From assembly GCA_035221665.1 (NCBI GenBank), contig CM069138.1, positions 86,738,001 through 86,802,000 of the forward strand: 64,000 bases of DNA, read 5' to 3'. Source of the DNA: Okamejei kenojei. Its lineage: Eukaryota. The position numbers were made by a program, and so were the translations under genes. The first letter of the stretch is position 1. Each line of letters opens with the position of its first letter. The notes under the pieces were generated by a model, which was not told the origin of the DNA, made no database searches, and was given only the letters and a program-made list of their open reading frames with translations. Shown here in pieces: positions 12,927 through 26,100 of this stretch.

Positions 12927-14441
12927 CCCCAGTTAGATCATGGCGGATCCATAAACACCCACATGTACTTACCTCAGTTCCATTACTCTCATTAACTTTA
13001 CCCAGCACCACAACAAAATCAATCTCAACCTTAAGCTTTCAATTGTTCAAACTTTAAAAGATTGATGAGCGATTTCAAGATGTAGACTTTACCTCGCTCC
13101 TCGAAGCCAAAATTCGTGACCCACCACTCACACCCCCTTCACCACCCAACCAACAGCACCTCGATGTTCTCGGATGACAGGTCAGGTTATTTTTCCCAAA
13201 TACCCACTTTCCCCTTATACTCCAACACCTCCAAATATCAAATATAAACAAGAGCTGGAGCAGCATTATCTGTAATTTATAATTTCATCCAATTATCAAC
13301 GGCCTTCTCCAAACAGCTTTTTAAATCTGTAAAAGCTCCAAATATAAGTCTGAAACAATATGAAATGAACAGTTCAACCCAGCTTTGGACTTGCTTTGAT
13401 CCCCAAAACCAGTCTGAAGTGGATTACATTGATAAGATTAAACATAATCAGCTCAGTTAATCTTCCTAGGATTGGATATCGGTGTGGAGTTTAATGTATT
13501 TCTATTCTTTATCTGATATTTACTTTAAAACGGGTCTCAAGAAGGGAAAGAAATGAAAATTAATGAAAAGAAAGCTAAGGTGGAATAAAAGAGCAGAATT
13601 TTCATTATATGTTATTGTGCATCTAGTACATTCCATTCACATGCCGCTGTTTTTCCAATGGAAAGTGACAAGCAATTAGTTTTAATGCGAGAGGTGTGGA
13701 AGACAGTAGCTCGAATTAAATATTCCCATTCGTCACATACAGAACAGGTCAGCAGTTCCACCAGCAACTCGAGACAGCAGCCACAGCACAGGATTTGTTT
13801 GGACTTGCAGGTACTTTTGAGACAGCCTAAAAAGCAGCTGTCTGACCAAGAATCATTCAGCAGCTATGGCAACGGGGTGGGCCAAGTTCAGACTGGACAA
13901 ACCTATCAACCAATTTAATCAACGCTGCGCTCCTTGTCCTCCTGATATTTGCAGTCTCCACCTTTTTTATTTTTCAATCGGGTACTTATTATTCAGCACT
14001 GCAGTGATGGGTGTTGGTCACACAACCACGCAGATGGCAGAGGGTGTGGATGGACTTGACACAGCCATGGGGCCACATGCACACATCCCCTAGCTTTAAT
14101 CCCCACAACCTGACAGAATTCATTCCAAGGGTGTATTGTGTTTATTTATATTCTCTACATATTGCCTCAATTTGTCTCCTTTAAGCAGAACTTGCATCAC
14201 AAATATAGAAACTGCATTCATAGCAAACTTTAATTGAAGCCACACAGGAGCTAGTAAATGCTGAAATGCAGGTTAATTTTATTCAGGAAGCAGTTTGAGA
14301 TCTAAATATAGACCTGTTCAGGGCCTACGCTTGAAACACTCAGAAATCATTATCAATATACTTCTCCGGGCCTTTAATAAACACACAGGGCAAATATTAA
14401 CATGTAAAATGCTTAGCATATTCAGACAAATCTCAACTCTT

Positions 14442-14537
14442 GTGTAGGAAGGAACTGCAGATGCTGGTTTACACCGAGGATAGACACAAAATGCTGCAGG
14501 AACTCAGCGGGACGGGCAGCATCTCTGGAGAGAAGGG
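14442..14537 (-). mobile_element. Penelope pLTR mini-insertion with 12-bp TSD
   Basis: TSD ATCTCAACTCTT at 14430-14441 and 14538-14549. Confidence 0.88.
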
Positions 14538-15059
14538 ATCTCAACTCTTATTTAACTTGAAGCCTATTTTTTTTTTTAACAAATACTAAAGTGAATAAAA
14601 AAGAATTTTGGATACAGCAATGTGTAGTTCAAGATCATTAATCTTAATCTCCTTAATCAAACAAAAGTTGATGTTGGATACTGTATTATGTGGCTTTGTA
14701 AACTACACTCTGTTCTAGAAATCCAAAGAACATCCAGCAGGAACACGGTAATGACATGACCTAGAATCCTAGCGTAAAACTTACACACATCATTGGTTAA
14801 AAGTCGAAACAATTTACAAACAACCAGAGAGAGGTAAATATCTTCATTAGCTGTTCTTCCATTGAAAATAAATGAAGATTTGAATACAAGACATATACAT
14901 TGGGAAATTATACCTTAAATGAGATTATGAGTTGACTTCTGAGTTGTTAGAATGATCCTAACCTCTATGTAATGAATTTTCCTCAAAAAAAACATTGTCT
15001 AAATCATATATTTGTGTTTGGAAGTATTACCCTGTGAGGGAATACAGCAAAGATGGGTG

Positions 15060-15360
15060 ACAGATCAAGATGCAGAGAGAAATCACTGGCACCTCTGCAG
15101 AGGAAGGTGGATGATAATCCATCCGTAGAAGAATGTGAAGCATGGACTAAAAGGGGAGACCGGCAGCTGAATGCAAGCCTTTACTGGGTGAAGATTAGTT
15201 AGAAGTTGGGTCACAGCATGCAAAAGTTGAAAATTGAGAATAGAGCAATCCATGTGGAGTCGGAGGCTGTGGAGAGACCACATGGAAATGTCAAAGTCCC
15301 AGACGTGTGCTGGTGATGTGGACTGGCAATCTCAATAAAGAGTATTCTTTTTGACATAAC
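15060..15360 (-). mobile_element. Old L2-like LINE relic
   Basis: Degenerate similarity to the L2 ORF2 C-terminus (..IA.....TL....SRLDY..L..LQL.HA); many mismatches. Confidence 0.4.
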
Positions 15361-15469
15361 ACGAATATTAACAGTATTTTTCAAAAGCTATGCATTGCTG
15401 ACCATTCAAGTGTTGCCAGAAAGGACTGAAGACATCTATTTGCTGAAGGACAGCAAATGTTACTAATAT

Positions 15470-15600
15470 TCTATGATAGAAACATAGAAAATAGGCACAG
15501 GAGTCGACCATTCGGCCCTTTACGCCAGCACCACCATTCAATATGATCATGGCTGATCATCCAAAATTAGTACCTGCTTTTTCCGTTAGCCCTAAAAGCG
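15470..15600 (-). mobile_element. CR1 3' tail
   Basis: tagaaacatagaaaataggcacaggagtcgaccattcggccc...atgatcatggctgatcatcc, the same family as 16162. Confidence 0.8.
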
Positions 15601-16161
15601 ACATCTTGCTGATATGGCAACACGATACAAGGGCAGGCTTGTACATTACTGAAGAGGCTTACAGCTCATTGCAACGTTTCAAAGTAAGCCTGTGACGCAG
15701 GCTAACATCTTTTTATAACTGGTATTACACCAGGCTAAAACTTCCCAGAGTGGAGGACAGTCCTGTGGGAGAAGCCAACACCACAATATCATTTGAGTGA
15801 GGATTGTGCAGTTTTGGAGCAATGGGAATATTCTCCATCCTCAACAGAAAGTATCTCAGAACGAATATATCCAGAACTTGCATGGTCAATAACAGGGAAC
15901 TGGTTCACAGGAGGTTCAAGATGAGGGGTTGTGCCATTGAAAGGAGTTAGTAATGCATCATGAGGTGGAAGGGAAAAGGTTCAGCTGAGGTACTGAGATT
16001 TGATCATTTTAAAGGGTCTGGCCTAGATGATATTGCTGCAAAAGATAAGACCATTTAATTGTTTATGGAATCACTGAACATCCTGAATGAGCCAAATTAA
16101 GTTGGATGCATTAAGAGAGGAATTTGTTGCAATGTGGATGCAGTTCAATAGTTCAGAAGAT

Positions 16162-16639
16162 AGAAACATAGAAATTAGGTGCAGGAGTAGGCCATTCGGC
16201 CCTTCGAGCCTGCACCGCCATTCAATATGATCATGGCTGATCATCCAACTCAGTATCCTGTACCTGCCTTCTCTCCATACCCCCTGATCCCTTCAGCCAC
16301 AAGCGCCACATCTAACTCCCTCTTAAATATGGCCAATGAACTGGCCTCAACTACCTTCTGTGGCAGAGAATTCCACAGATTCACCACTCTCTGTGTGAAA
16401 AACGATTTTCTCATCTCAGTCCTAAGAGACTTCCCCGTTATCCTTAAACTGTGACCCCTTGTCCTGGACTTCCCCAACATCGGGAACAATCTTCCTGCAT
16501 CTAGCCTGTCCAACCCCTTAAGAATTTTGTAAGTCTCTATGAGATCACCCCTCAATCTTCTAAATTCCAGCGAGTACAAGCCGAGTCTATCCAGTCTTTC
16601 TTCATATGGAAGTCCTGCCATCCCAGGAATCAGTCTGGT
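16162..16639 (-). mobile_element. Young 5'-truncated CR1 LINE
   Basis: Uninterrupted ORF2 C-terminus 16250-16621 (YEERLDRLGLYSLEFRRLRGDLIETYK..TRGHSL..FFTQRVVNLWNSLP); (TTTCTATG) tail; candidate TSD AAGAT at 16157-61 / 16640-44. Confidence 0.95.
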
Positions 16640-17322
16640 AAGATGTTATGTGAGTGATCAATAGACTTACTGATATCAATCCAATACAAGGCTGAAAATA
16701 GCTATAACCAAATTGTAAGCAAGGGAGATAATCCAGGACAGAAAAGTAAGAAGAGATGAGTTTGTGACTTCAACAGTCTCTCTATAAAGAAAAAAACAGC
16801 TGACATTTAAAGGCCCTCAATATCAGTCAGGAATGAGAGGCAAAGTGGAAATAGTGCACAAACATGGATATGTTTAAAAAATAAATACATAGTTGGGTTC
16901 ATGGCATATAATAGTATACCAAATACTCAAATGTACAATACATTACTCGTGTGAACAGTTGACGTTCAAAATATAGGCATAATATGATGTACTTATAGTT
17001 TGCATTGCTCCCGGCACAACTTTGTTCAAGTAACAACTGTGGTATGAAATTTCATTTGATAAAACATTTTGCAGATTTGGAACCCTTAAATTTAGGAAAG
17101 GCTGTTCAGCTCATGGGTGATTTCATCAGTAAAGTGTTTGTAATTGGGATGACAAAATATACTTTGTCAGAAATATTACTAGATAGTATGTATGTGCGTG
17201 TGCCGGTGCGTGTGTGTGTGTGAATAATCAGTTAACAAACACGTTATAAACATAGAGAGAAAGAGAGAAAGGACTGATTTAAATTAAATGGCGTTGGTGC
17301 CGGCTGAGGGAAGGCAGTGAAA

Positions 17323-17595
17323 TCATAAGATCATATGTGATAGGAGCAGAATTAGGCCATTTGGCCCAACAAGTGTGCTCCACCATTCAATCATGGCTGA
17401 TCTATCTCTCCCTCCTAACCCCATTCTCCTGCCTTCTCCCCGTAACCTCTGACTAATCAAGAATCTATCAATCTCTGCCTTAAAAATATCCACTGACTCG
17501 GCCACCACTGCCTTCTGTGGCAAACAATTCCACAGATTCACCACCCTCTGACTGAAAGAGATTTCTCCTCATCTCTTTCCCAAAAGAACGTCCTG
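17323..17595 (-). mobile_element. CR1 3' fragment
   Basis: VVNLWNCLPQKAVVAESVDIFKAEIDRFL plus 3' tail. Confidence 0.88.
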
Positions 17596-18437
17596 CGAAC
17601 TGTAGCTGGGCTATCCTGAGAAGTTGTAAAATAAAGGGAGATGAATGAGAATTGAGGAGGGAAAAAATACTGCTGGATGCGAGAGATACAAAATGCTGCC
17701 ATTCCTGAAAACGTAAAGTAAAAAACACTGTTGGAAATTAATACCAAGCAGTCCATACAGCATCTGTGGAGAAAGGGAAGCTGAGTTAATGTTATACATG
17801 TATTTCACAGGGTGAATACACCTTGTGTGGCAGCACTGTTGATGTATCAACAGGATACCTGTTTATACTAGCCACTGGTAACTGGGGAAGCTTCCTGAAT
17901 AAACAGCTGTATCAAAGAGTTGCCTGACATTGCTCGGATGTTGGTGGGAGCGGGAAGAACGGAGGGAATAGGAGTAAAATGACATGGCAGGCCATTGAAC
18001 CAGAAAGCCACACCTTCCACAGAGTAAGAGAGAGCAAAGAAAACATTGCACCACTCAAGGTCACATTACCAATAAGGAATGAGAAAGTGACCCTGGGTAA
18101 ACATACTATCAGTGTTGCAGCCTTATAATCAGAAGTCAACAGGACATTGATCACAGCCCATTCGATATGGTTCTGGACATATTTGGAGAGTTATTCTCAC
18201 CAGTTCTGGGTGCTCCGGATATCTTTGAAGTTGGAATTTTTCACAGAAATGAATAGTTGAGACGGTGAACGCTAGCATGACCTACTTTTTCTGCCGGCAC
18301 ATGGGATATCACAAGCCATTACTTCACACTTTTCCCCAGAAAATCTTGACTGCACAATGTCATCGATCTGCAGAATAATCCTTTACAGAGAAGTTCCTCT
18401 GCCTTCAATAATTAGATCAAAGCACCTACCCTAATGA

Positions 18438-18755
18438 ACAGAGAGGGGGCCAGGAGAGAGGGTGGGGGGGGGGGGGGGGGGGGGGGAGCGAGAGGTCAGG
18501 CGAGAAGGGAAATAGAGAGGTGGGAATGAAGAGGAGGTGGAAATGGAGAGGGGGAAATTGAAGTGGAGGAATGAACAGGGAATGACGGGGATGACTGGAG
18601 GGGTAAATGGAGGCGGTGAATGAAAAGGGAAATTGAAAGAGCAAATGGAAAAGAGGTTGAATGAAAAATCCAGGGAGGCTTGAAAGAAGAGCAGGGGGGG
18701 ATAAGGGCCAGGTGGGAGACTGAGGAAGGGAGGGAGGGACAGAGACGGGGGACAA
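18438..18755. repeat. Purine-rich low-complexity tract with poly-G run
   Basis: G run of ~24 nt at 18463-18486 followed by GA-rich sequence; produces spurious Pro/Phe/Ser-rich minus-strand ORFs. Confidence 0.8.
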
Positions 18756-19929
18756 AATCTGACGGAAATGGCCGATTTGCCCCACTGAGCATTGTTCCGC
18801 TTAATGGCTTCTGCATTAACTGCCAAATAAAGTGGTTCTGCTTCCACTTGTCAAGCACCTGCTTAAACCCCAATAGGCCAGCTTGAAGATGAGAATTCTC
18901 ACACATACACATCTTTGTTTGAAGAGAGCACAGAATGAAATCGCGGGCAGGTATTTTAAAAATATCCACAACCTGCGAAACTAATACCACTATTTGCATA
19001 TACAGTTTATAAATAACTTGCCTGCATTTCAACAACTCCATCTTCACCACGACTGCTCACTCCTCCCAGGGAACTATCTTGCGACCCAGAATAGGCTTCA
19101 AGGCCCACCCGCCCTCCCCCCTCTTTGCGCAAGGGGGGGGGCAATCAGAATTTTAACTATTGGTTCGGGAACCTAATTTTAATATTGTGTTTGTTCTCAA
19201 GGAACCTTTCATGAAAGGAAGGAAACTTCTAAGATCACGCTGCCCTTCTTCACATTAGGAAGTGGAACCAAGCAGCATATCGATGGGTTGATGACGCCAT
19301 CAACACATGGGAGGGAGGGTGGTGTCAAGAGAGGTCAATGGCAGAGTCGGCCTCCAGTAATCAAAACAACTTTTACTAGCTAATCCTAACACCAACGGGT
19401 CCGTTCTATTTTAAACAGCAAATTAACTTTTTTTTTAAAAAGGCAGAGGGGTGGAAGGGGGAACAGAGTGTGGGTGAAAGGGAAATCATTTGTACTCACT
19501 TTTCCAGCTTGTGAACAGGCTTTCTAAAGTAGTGTCCTGTCACATTCTAAGTGTAGCAAGAAACAGCAACATAAGAAACATCAAAAATCTGTCAAAGACA
19601 AAAAGCACTGTTGTAATAGAAAACTAAATGGGAAGAAAAACTCTGCCACATATTAATATACACTGTGACGATTAATGTCTCATCTTGACAATCTCAACCA
19701 ATTTAAAACCATGAAATTACTGAGAATAAACATGTTTTGACCTGTTTTCCTACACTGATGCCTCATGACTTTTTACTTAAAGAGAAAAAGATTTTCACAG
19801 TGGCTACTTTGGGATTCTCACAGAAATGCTGCATCCTATGAGAACTCGGCCCAAACTCTCAAATTTAGAAAAGTGCGCAATGGTCGCAAAATAAACTCTG
19901 TAATTCTTACAGAGTTTACCAAGTTATTT

Positions 19930-20250
19930 GCCGGGTTGATGTTTCCCTTGGCTGATGAATATAGAGCCAGGGGTCACAATCAGTAAATAAGGGGTCAGCT
20001 ATTAAGGACTGAGATGAGAAGATAACTTCACCTAGAGGGTAGTGAATCTTCCGAATTCTCTGCCCAAGAGGGCTGTGGAGACTCAAACATTGAATATATT
20101 CAAGAGATCGATGGATTATTAAATGTTAAAGGAAACAAGAGATTAGTGCAGGAAAATAGCACTGAGGTAAAATATCTGCCATGATCCGAGTGAAAGGCGG
20201 AGTTGGGATAATGGGCCGAATAGCCTAATCCTGCTTATATTTCTTATGTA
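19930..20250 (+). mobile_element. Older CR1 3' fragment
   Basis: MFPLADEYRARGH..; gagggtagtgaatcttccgaattctctgcccaagagggctgtgg; tail gggccgaatagcctaatcctgcttatatttcttatgt. Confidence 0.8.
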
Positions 20251-21049
20251 CTGAAATTCTTCTGTCACTCCTAATCAACAAATGGTATCCTCCAAAGTCC
20301 TATCAAAACTGGAACTGGAATTATTCATATTAGTCCGCTTGAATGAGAAAGAATTGCAATCAACGAGAACAAAACAAGGACACTAATTTGTCATCATTCT
20401 TATGATGGTACCATTCTCCATTATCCATACTTCACATTCACAAACTGTTCTTTTCTCTATTGCAAGCACTGATGCGGTAGTGACCCACACAGCCACACAC
20501 CCATGGAAGTTAGGACAAGTGACCTGGGGTATTACCACAATATACAAAGTCGGTGGAATTTTATCAGAAGCAAAATTGGACCCCCAAAGTAACACATCAA
20601 TTAACAGAAACAGAAAAATCTTAGTTAACGTTGAATTAAAAGCATTTGGCCGAAAGAGGAATAGATTTTTCACTGCAACTAACACAAATGAATCCCTCAA
20701 TTGCATCTGCATTAGTGCAAATGAGATATATTAATGTGATGCATTGGTCCACACACTTTTCTTTCAGATCTCTTTGGATGGCAAATATTTGGTTTTTCAT
20801 CTTTTACTTTTCAAAAGTGAAAATGCAATTAAACCTCTAGGTAAAAGGCTAAATTTTGAACTCCAACTACTGAAATCCAGACTTATGCTCCCCATCCTCC
20901 CTCTATACTCAAAAGTCTAACATTTTCCTTTCAGCTTCAGGTTAAAATTCAACAGGTTCCAAGACAAGACATGCAATCTTCCTTAACAGATGTTCAATGG
21001 CAGGACATTCCCTAACTCTGAGAACAAAGAATATGGAATCTGCCTCAAT

Positions 21050-23525
21050 GTTCCTATTGAGTAAAACTCTGAACAAGAGAATGTCAATCAGAGAGGACAT
21101 ATGGAGGATTCCAACATTGAGGCAATATGGACTGAGCTCAAAAATCAGAAAAGTGCAATCACTGATTAGATTATACTACAGGCTTCACAACAACCTGCGG
21201 GAGATAGAGGAGCAGATATGGTGACAGGTTAAGGAAAGATGGAAAAGCAAGAGTGATTGATTTTAACTTCCCCACTATTGACTGGACTTCCTCAGCGAAG
21301 AGGCTTGGATAGGGTAAGATTTGTTAGATGCCTCGAAAGCGGCCTCTTGAAACAGTATGAGGATGGTCCAAGCAGACAAGTGGCCATGTATTGGGAAACA
21401 AGCCTGGTAAGGTAACTGTGTAGGGAGGAACTGGAGATGCTGGTTTAAAACGAAGATAGGCACAAACTGCTGGAGTAACGCAGCGGAACAGGTAGCATCT
21501 CTGGTGAGAAGGAATGGGTGATGTTTCGGGTCGGGACCCTTCTTCAGACATGTACGGTAACTGTCTTTTCAGTGGGAGAACATTTTAGGAACAGTGATCA
21601 CAACTGCTTAAAAACTTTCAGATAGTTGTGAATAAGAAGTAAGTTATAAAAAGAAAACACATGTAACACTTGAACGTTGAAACCCGTCAGGTCCTTTAAG
21701 GAATATAACAAAAGCAGGAAAGAATTCAAGCAGGAACTTAGGATGGCCAATATGGACCATGAAATATCTTCAGCAAGAGAATCCCAAAACATTTTATACA
21801 GACATTAAAAAGGTAACTAGGGAGAGGATAGGACCACTCAGGATAAAGGAGGGAAATTCTGCTTGGAGTCAGAGGATGTACGCAAAGTACTTTGCATCAG
21901 TATTCACCACAGAGAAGGACATGGGGGATGGTGACATCTGCGTGGGTTATAGTTACATGTCAGGGCATTTTGAAATCAAGAAGGAGGTGGCGTTGGGCTC
22001 TAGCAGTAAGAGCAGTGAGGTGGATAATTCCCCAAGGCTTGAGTCATCTATCCCAAGTTAGTGAACTGAGATTGCTGAATTCTTGACACAGATCTTCGTA
22101 TCCTCTCTTGCCACAGGCAAAGTCCTAGATGACTGGAGAGTAGCCAATGTTGTTCCTTTGTCTAAGGAGGGAAATAGGGATGATCCAGGAAATTAGGGTT
22201 TTATGAGCCTCACATCACTGTTCTGGACGCTATTGGAGAGGTTGCTTAGCAATTGGATTCATTCACCTTTGGAAGAGAATGGGCTAATTAGGGGCAGTCA
22301 GCATGCTTTGCGTGGGGCAGGTCATGTCTTACAAATTTGATTTTGAGTTTTTTGAGGAGGTGAAGAAGGCGACATGGGGGTAGAGTAGTGGACGCTGTCT
22401 ACATGGTCTGTGGTAAGGCATTTGACAAAGGATGGAGGTTGATCCAGAAGATTAAGATGCCAGGGATCGATGGTGACTTTGTGGCACGGATTCAGAACTG
22501 GCTTACCCATGGAAGACTGAGGGTTGAAGAGGAAAGGCCTTATCCTGACTAGAGGTCTTGCCTGTGGTGTTTTACATGGATCTGTGGTATGAGAGTGAAA
22601 TGACTTGGACAAAAATGGATGGGTTGGTTAGTACGTTTGCAGACAACACAACATTTGGTAGAGTTGTGGACGGTGAAGAAGGCTGTCAAAAAACACATGG
22701 GATATAGATCAGATAGATACGGTCGGAGAAATGGCAGATAATAATAAAGACAAGTGGGAGGTGTTGTACTTCGGAAGGTCAACTGTAAGGGGAAAGTGTA
22801 GTTATTGGCAGGAGTCTTAATGTACAGAGGAATGGTGGGGCTTATGTCCATGGCAACACAAGTTCAATGGTTTAATGGTTCAATAGCACTTTACATTGAT
22901 GGAGTGGTGAGGGAAACCTATGGTGAGCTTGCCTTCAACGTTTGAGGCGTTGAGTATGAGATTCAGAAAGTCATGTTGCAACTTCATACCATTTTGCTGA
23001 GGCCACATTTGGAGTATCGTGTCCAGTTCTGGTCACCACATTTTAAGAAGGATGTGGGGGCTCATGAATGCTCAGGATGCACATGAAGTTTCCCAGGACA
23101 CTGGTATTCGCTATTAGGCCAGGATGGACAAACTTGGATTGTTATCTCTGGGACATCAGAAGCTGAGGAGCGACCTGATAGAAGTCTCTAAAAATTATGC
23201 GATAGGTAGACGGTCAGGATGGAAATGTCAGAGCCAGAGGGCATAGTTTTAAAGTCAGAGGGGTGAAGTTTAAAGGAAACATGCATGGCAAGATTTTTGT
23301 TTTACACAGAAGATGGTGGGTACCTGGAATGCGCTTGCGGAGATGGTGGTGGAAGCACTTAGGGCAGTGGCATTTAAGAGGCTTCGAGATAGGCAAATGG
23401 ATATGTAGGGAATGGAGGGATGTGGATCATGTGCAGGCAGTTAGGATTATTTTAATTTGGCATCATGTTCAGCATAGACATGGTGGGATGAAGGGCCCAT
23501 TCCTTCGGCGTCCTTTTCTATGTTC
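21050..23525 (+). mobile_element. Decayed, internally deleted CR1 LINE (endonuclease region to 3' tail)
   Basis: Fragments AIWTELKN, YYR, NPKTFY..RERIGPL, YFASVFT, DDWRVANVVPL, FADNT, RPHLEYRVQFWSP, ARGHSF; many stops and frameshifts. Confidence 0.88.
21420..21555 (-). mobile_element. Penelope pLTR mini-insertion with hammerhead, nested in CR1
   Basis: 9-bp TSD GGTAACTGT at 21411-19 and 21556-64; reverse complement contains CTGAAGAAGGGTCCCGACCCGAAACATC. Confidence 0.88.
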
Positions 23526-23601
23526 TTCCTGGTAATTCAGTAAACAAATACACTATCCCATAGTATACTATGCCATTCAACAAAGAACAGTTCTCAACAA
23601 A

Positions 23602-24650
23602 TGTGCAGGAAGGAACTGCAGATGCTTGCAAGTGAAAGTACCCGGGGAGGCGGTGGTTTGGGTGGGAAGGGTGAATTGACCAGGGAGCTACAGAGGGAAT
23701 GGTCTCTGCGGAAAGCAGAAAGGGGAGGAAATGGGAAGATGTGGCCAGTGGTAGGATCCCATTGGAAGTGGCAAAAATATCAGAGGATTATATGTGGGTA
23801 GACAAAAATGCTGGAGAAACTCAGCGGGTGAGACAGCATCTATGGAGCGAAGGAAATTGGCAACGTTTCGGGTTGAGACCCTTCTTCCGACTCAGATAGG
23901 ATTATCCGTTGTAAGCGGTGGCTGATGAGGTGGAAGGTGAAGACAAGGGGGACGCTGTCCTTGTTACGAGTGGGGGGGGGGGGGTGGGGAGTAAGAACGT
24001 TCCCTCTGTAACTCCCTGGTCAATTTGTCCCTTCCCACACAAACCACCCCTCCCCGGGTACATTCCCTTGCAACCCCCTCGACTCCATCCAAGGACCCAA
24101 GCAGTCTTTCCAGGAGAGGCAGAGGTTCACCTGCACCTCCTCCAACCTCATCACTGCATCCTCTGTTCTAGGTGTCAACTTCTCTACATCGTTCAGACCA
24201 AGCGCAGGCTTGGCGATCGCATCGCCCAATCACCTCCGCTCAGTTGGGACTAACCAACCTGATCTCCCGGTGGTTCAGCATTTCAACTCCCCCTCCCATT
24301 CCGAATCTGACCTTTCTGTCCTGGGCCTCCTCCAGCATTTTTTGTCAACCTTTTATTTTTCCAGCATCTGCAGTTCTTTCTTAAACATGATTACTTTGAA
24401 GCTGGTGCAACTTGGGTGGTTGGAGATGGAGAGAGAGAGGATGCAAGAGTTACTTGAACCTAGAGAAATCAATATTCAAATCACTGGGTTGTAAACTACC
24501 CAAGCAAAATCTGAGTTGCCGTTCCTCCAATTTCCATTTGGCCTCACTCTGACCATGGAGGAGGCCCAGGACACAAAGGTCAGTGTGGAAATGGGAAGGG
24601 AAATTAAATGATTTGGCAACCGGGAGATCAGGTAGGTCCAGGCAAACTCA
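23602..24650. mobile_element. Composite of Penelope fragments in both orientations (GIY-YIG region + pLTRs)
   Basis: Plus strand ~24110-24335 QRFTCTSSNL..CILCSRCQLLYIVQTKRRLGDRIA..DLPVVQHFNSPSH (GIY-YIG domain). Minus-strand ORF pieces at 23630-23990 and 24400-24650. Nested pLTR ~23798-23893 flanked by AGGATTAT. Confidence 0.85.
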
Positions 24651-24759
24651 ACAAATGTCAAAATGATTCACAGTCATCACGGAGACAATATTATTCATTA
24701 TAATGGATACAACACCCACGGATCAATAAAGGCAGCAGAATAATAAGGCAAGGTGGCTA

Positions 24760-25090
24760 TTCAGCCCACTAGGTGAGCAGCACCTGACAAGGGAGCAGTC
24801 CCATTAGTCCCTCTCCCCCTCCTTATTTTCCCTGTACCAATCCAACGTAATCACTCTCACATTGTATGTGGCCATCAGCTCCACTTTAACTTTTTGGCCA
24901 CAAACCTACATAAGCAGACAATTTACAATAGTCAACGAATTTACCAGTGGCTTTGGGAAACCGGAGCACCCAGAGGAATCCATGTGGTCACAGGGAAAAT
25001 CTGCAAACGTCCTGCAGACAACACCAAGATCAGAAAGAGACCCACATCCCTGAAACTGTGAGGAAACAGAGCTAACTGCTTTGTCACCAT
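24760..25090 (-). mobile_element. Older HE1-like SINE
   Basis: gggaaaccggagcacccagaggaatccatgtggtcacagggaaaatctgcaaac (V-domain, reverse orientation). Confidence 0.65.
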
Positions 25091-25239
25091 ACAGCTCCTG
25101 CTCAATAATGTATGCTTGCCCGAACTGTTGAATTCCATTTGCAATTACTCTGCAAATGAAGCAGTTTACATACGCACGCATCAAGGCTTAGATAACTTCC
25201 AAACACAGCCTTATAGACCATCAAACATAGGTAATAGAC

Positions 25240-26100
25240 AAGAAGACCATCTCTGTCAAGACAGTCTAACCACCTATATGTGGCATTCAGTAATAATAAG
25301 CCCCTGTCCCACTGTACCAGGTAATTCACAAGTTCTCCCAAGTTTTCCCCTGATTCAAACTCGTAATGGTCACAGCGGCACGTAATGGTCAACTACGAGT
25401 AAAAAGTAACCATTTTTTTCATCACGAGTATTTTTTAACTCGTGGACATTTTTTACAGGGATGTCCCGAGTACCTACCATTAGCATTACGAGCCGCTACG
25501 AGACATCCACGAACCCCTACGGACCCGCTATGGACATTCTCCGAGTTCGAATCAGGGGAAAACCCGGGAGAACTCGTGAATTACCTCGTGCAGTGGGACA
25601 GGGGCTTTACCATTATCACGTTCCAGGACATCAATATCATTAGGGATCTCATTGGCCATAAACACAACTGAACCAGCCACATAAATGTAGCCACAAGAGC
25701 AGATTAGAGGCTGAGTAGTCGGCAACAAATAACTCACCTCCCCACATCTCAAAGACTTTCCACCATCTACAAGGCATAAATCTGAGTTTTTGTGGAATAC
25801 TCAATATTTGCCTGGATGACTGCAACTCTAAAAACACTCAGGAAGCTGAGCACCATCATGGACAAAGTGCGATTGGCGTCCCATTCAACACCAGAGGCCT
25901 TCGTTCCCTTCAGCACCAACCCACGACGGCTTCAGCGTGCACCATCTATAAAATCCACTGCTGTTGCTCACATAAACCATTCCACCAGCACCTCACAAAA
26001 CCGTGACCCTGAACATAAAACTAGGGCTGCAGACAATGTCACAACGTACAGATTCCTCTCCAAGGCAACACATGATCTTGCTTTGGAAATAAATTGCTAT
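25240..26100 (+). mobile_element. Ancient CR1-clade LINE 3' relic (split by a MITE)
   Basis: actgaaccagccacataaatgtagccacaagagcag..caccatctacaaggca..ggaatactc..gcctggatg (TIYKA....MEYS..AW). Confidence 0.6.
25299..25606. mobile_element. PIF/Harbinger-type MITE (family B)
   Basis: TIR AGCCCCTGTCCCACTG, with imperfect inverted similarity extending ~65 bp; flanks ATA/TTA. Confidence 0.85.

Noticed and set aside
12960-12980. Strong minus-strand splice donor GAG|GTAAGT
   Set aside because: Lies in decayed repeat sequence next to a SINE, with no matching acceptor or open frame.
18426-19050. Three overlapping 119-184 aa minus-strand ORFs
   Set aside because: Pro/Phe/Ser-rich products of a purine tract; open in all three frames, which indicates composition bias.
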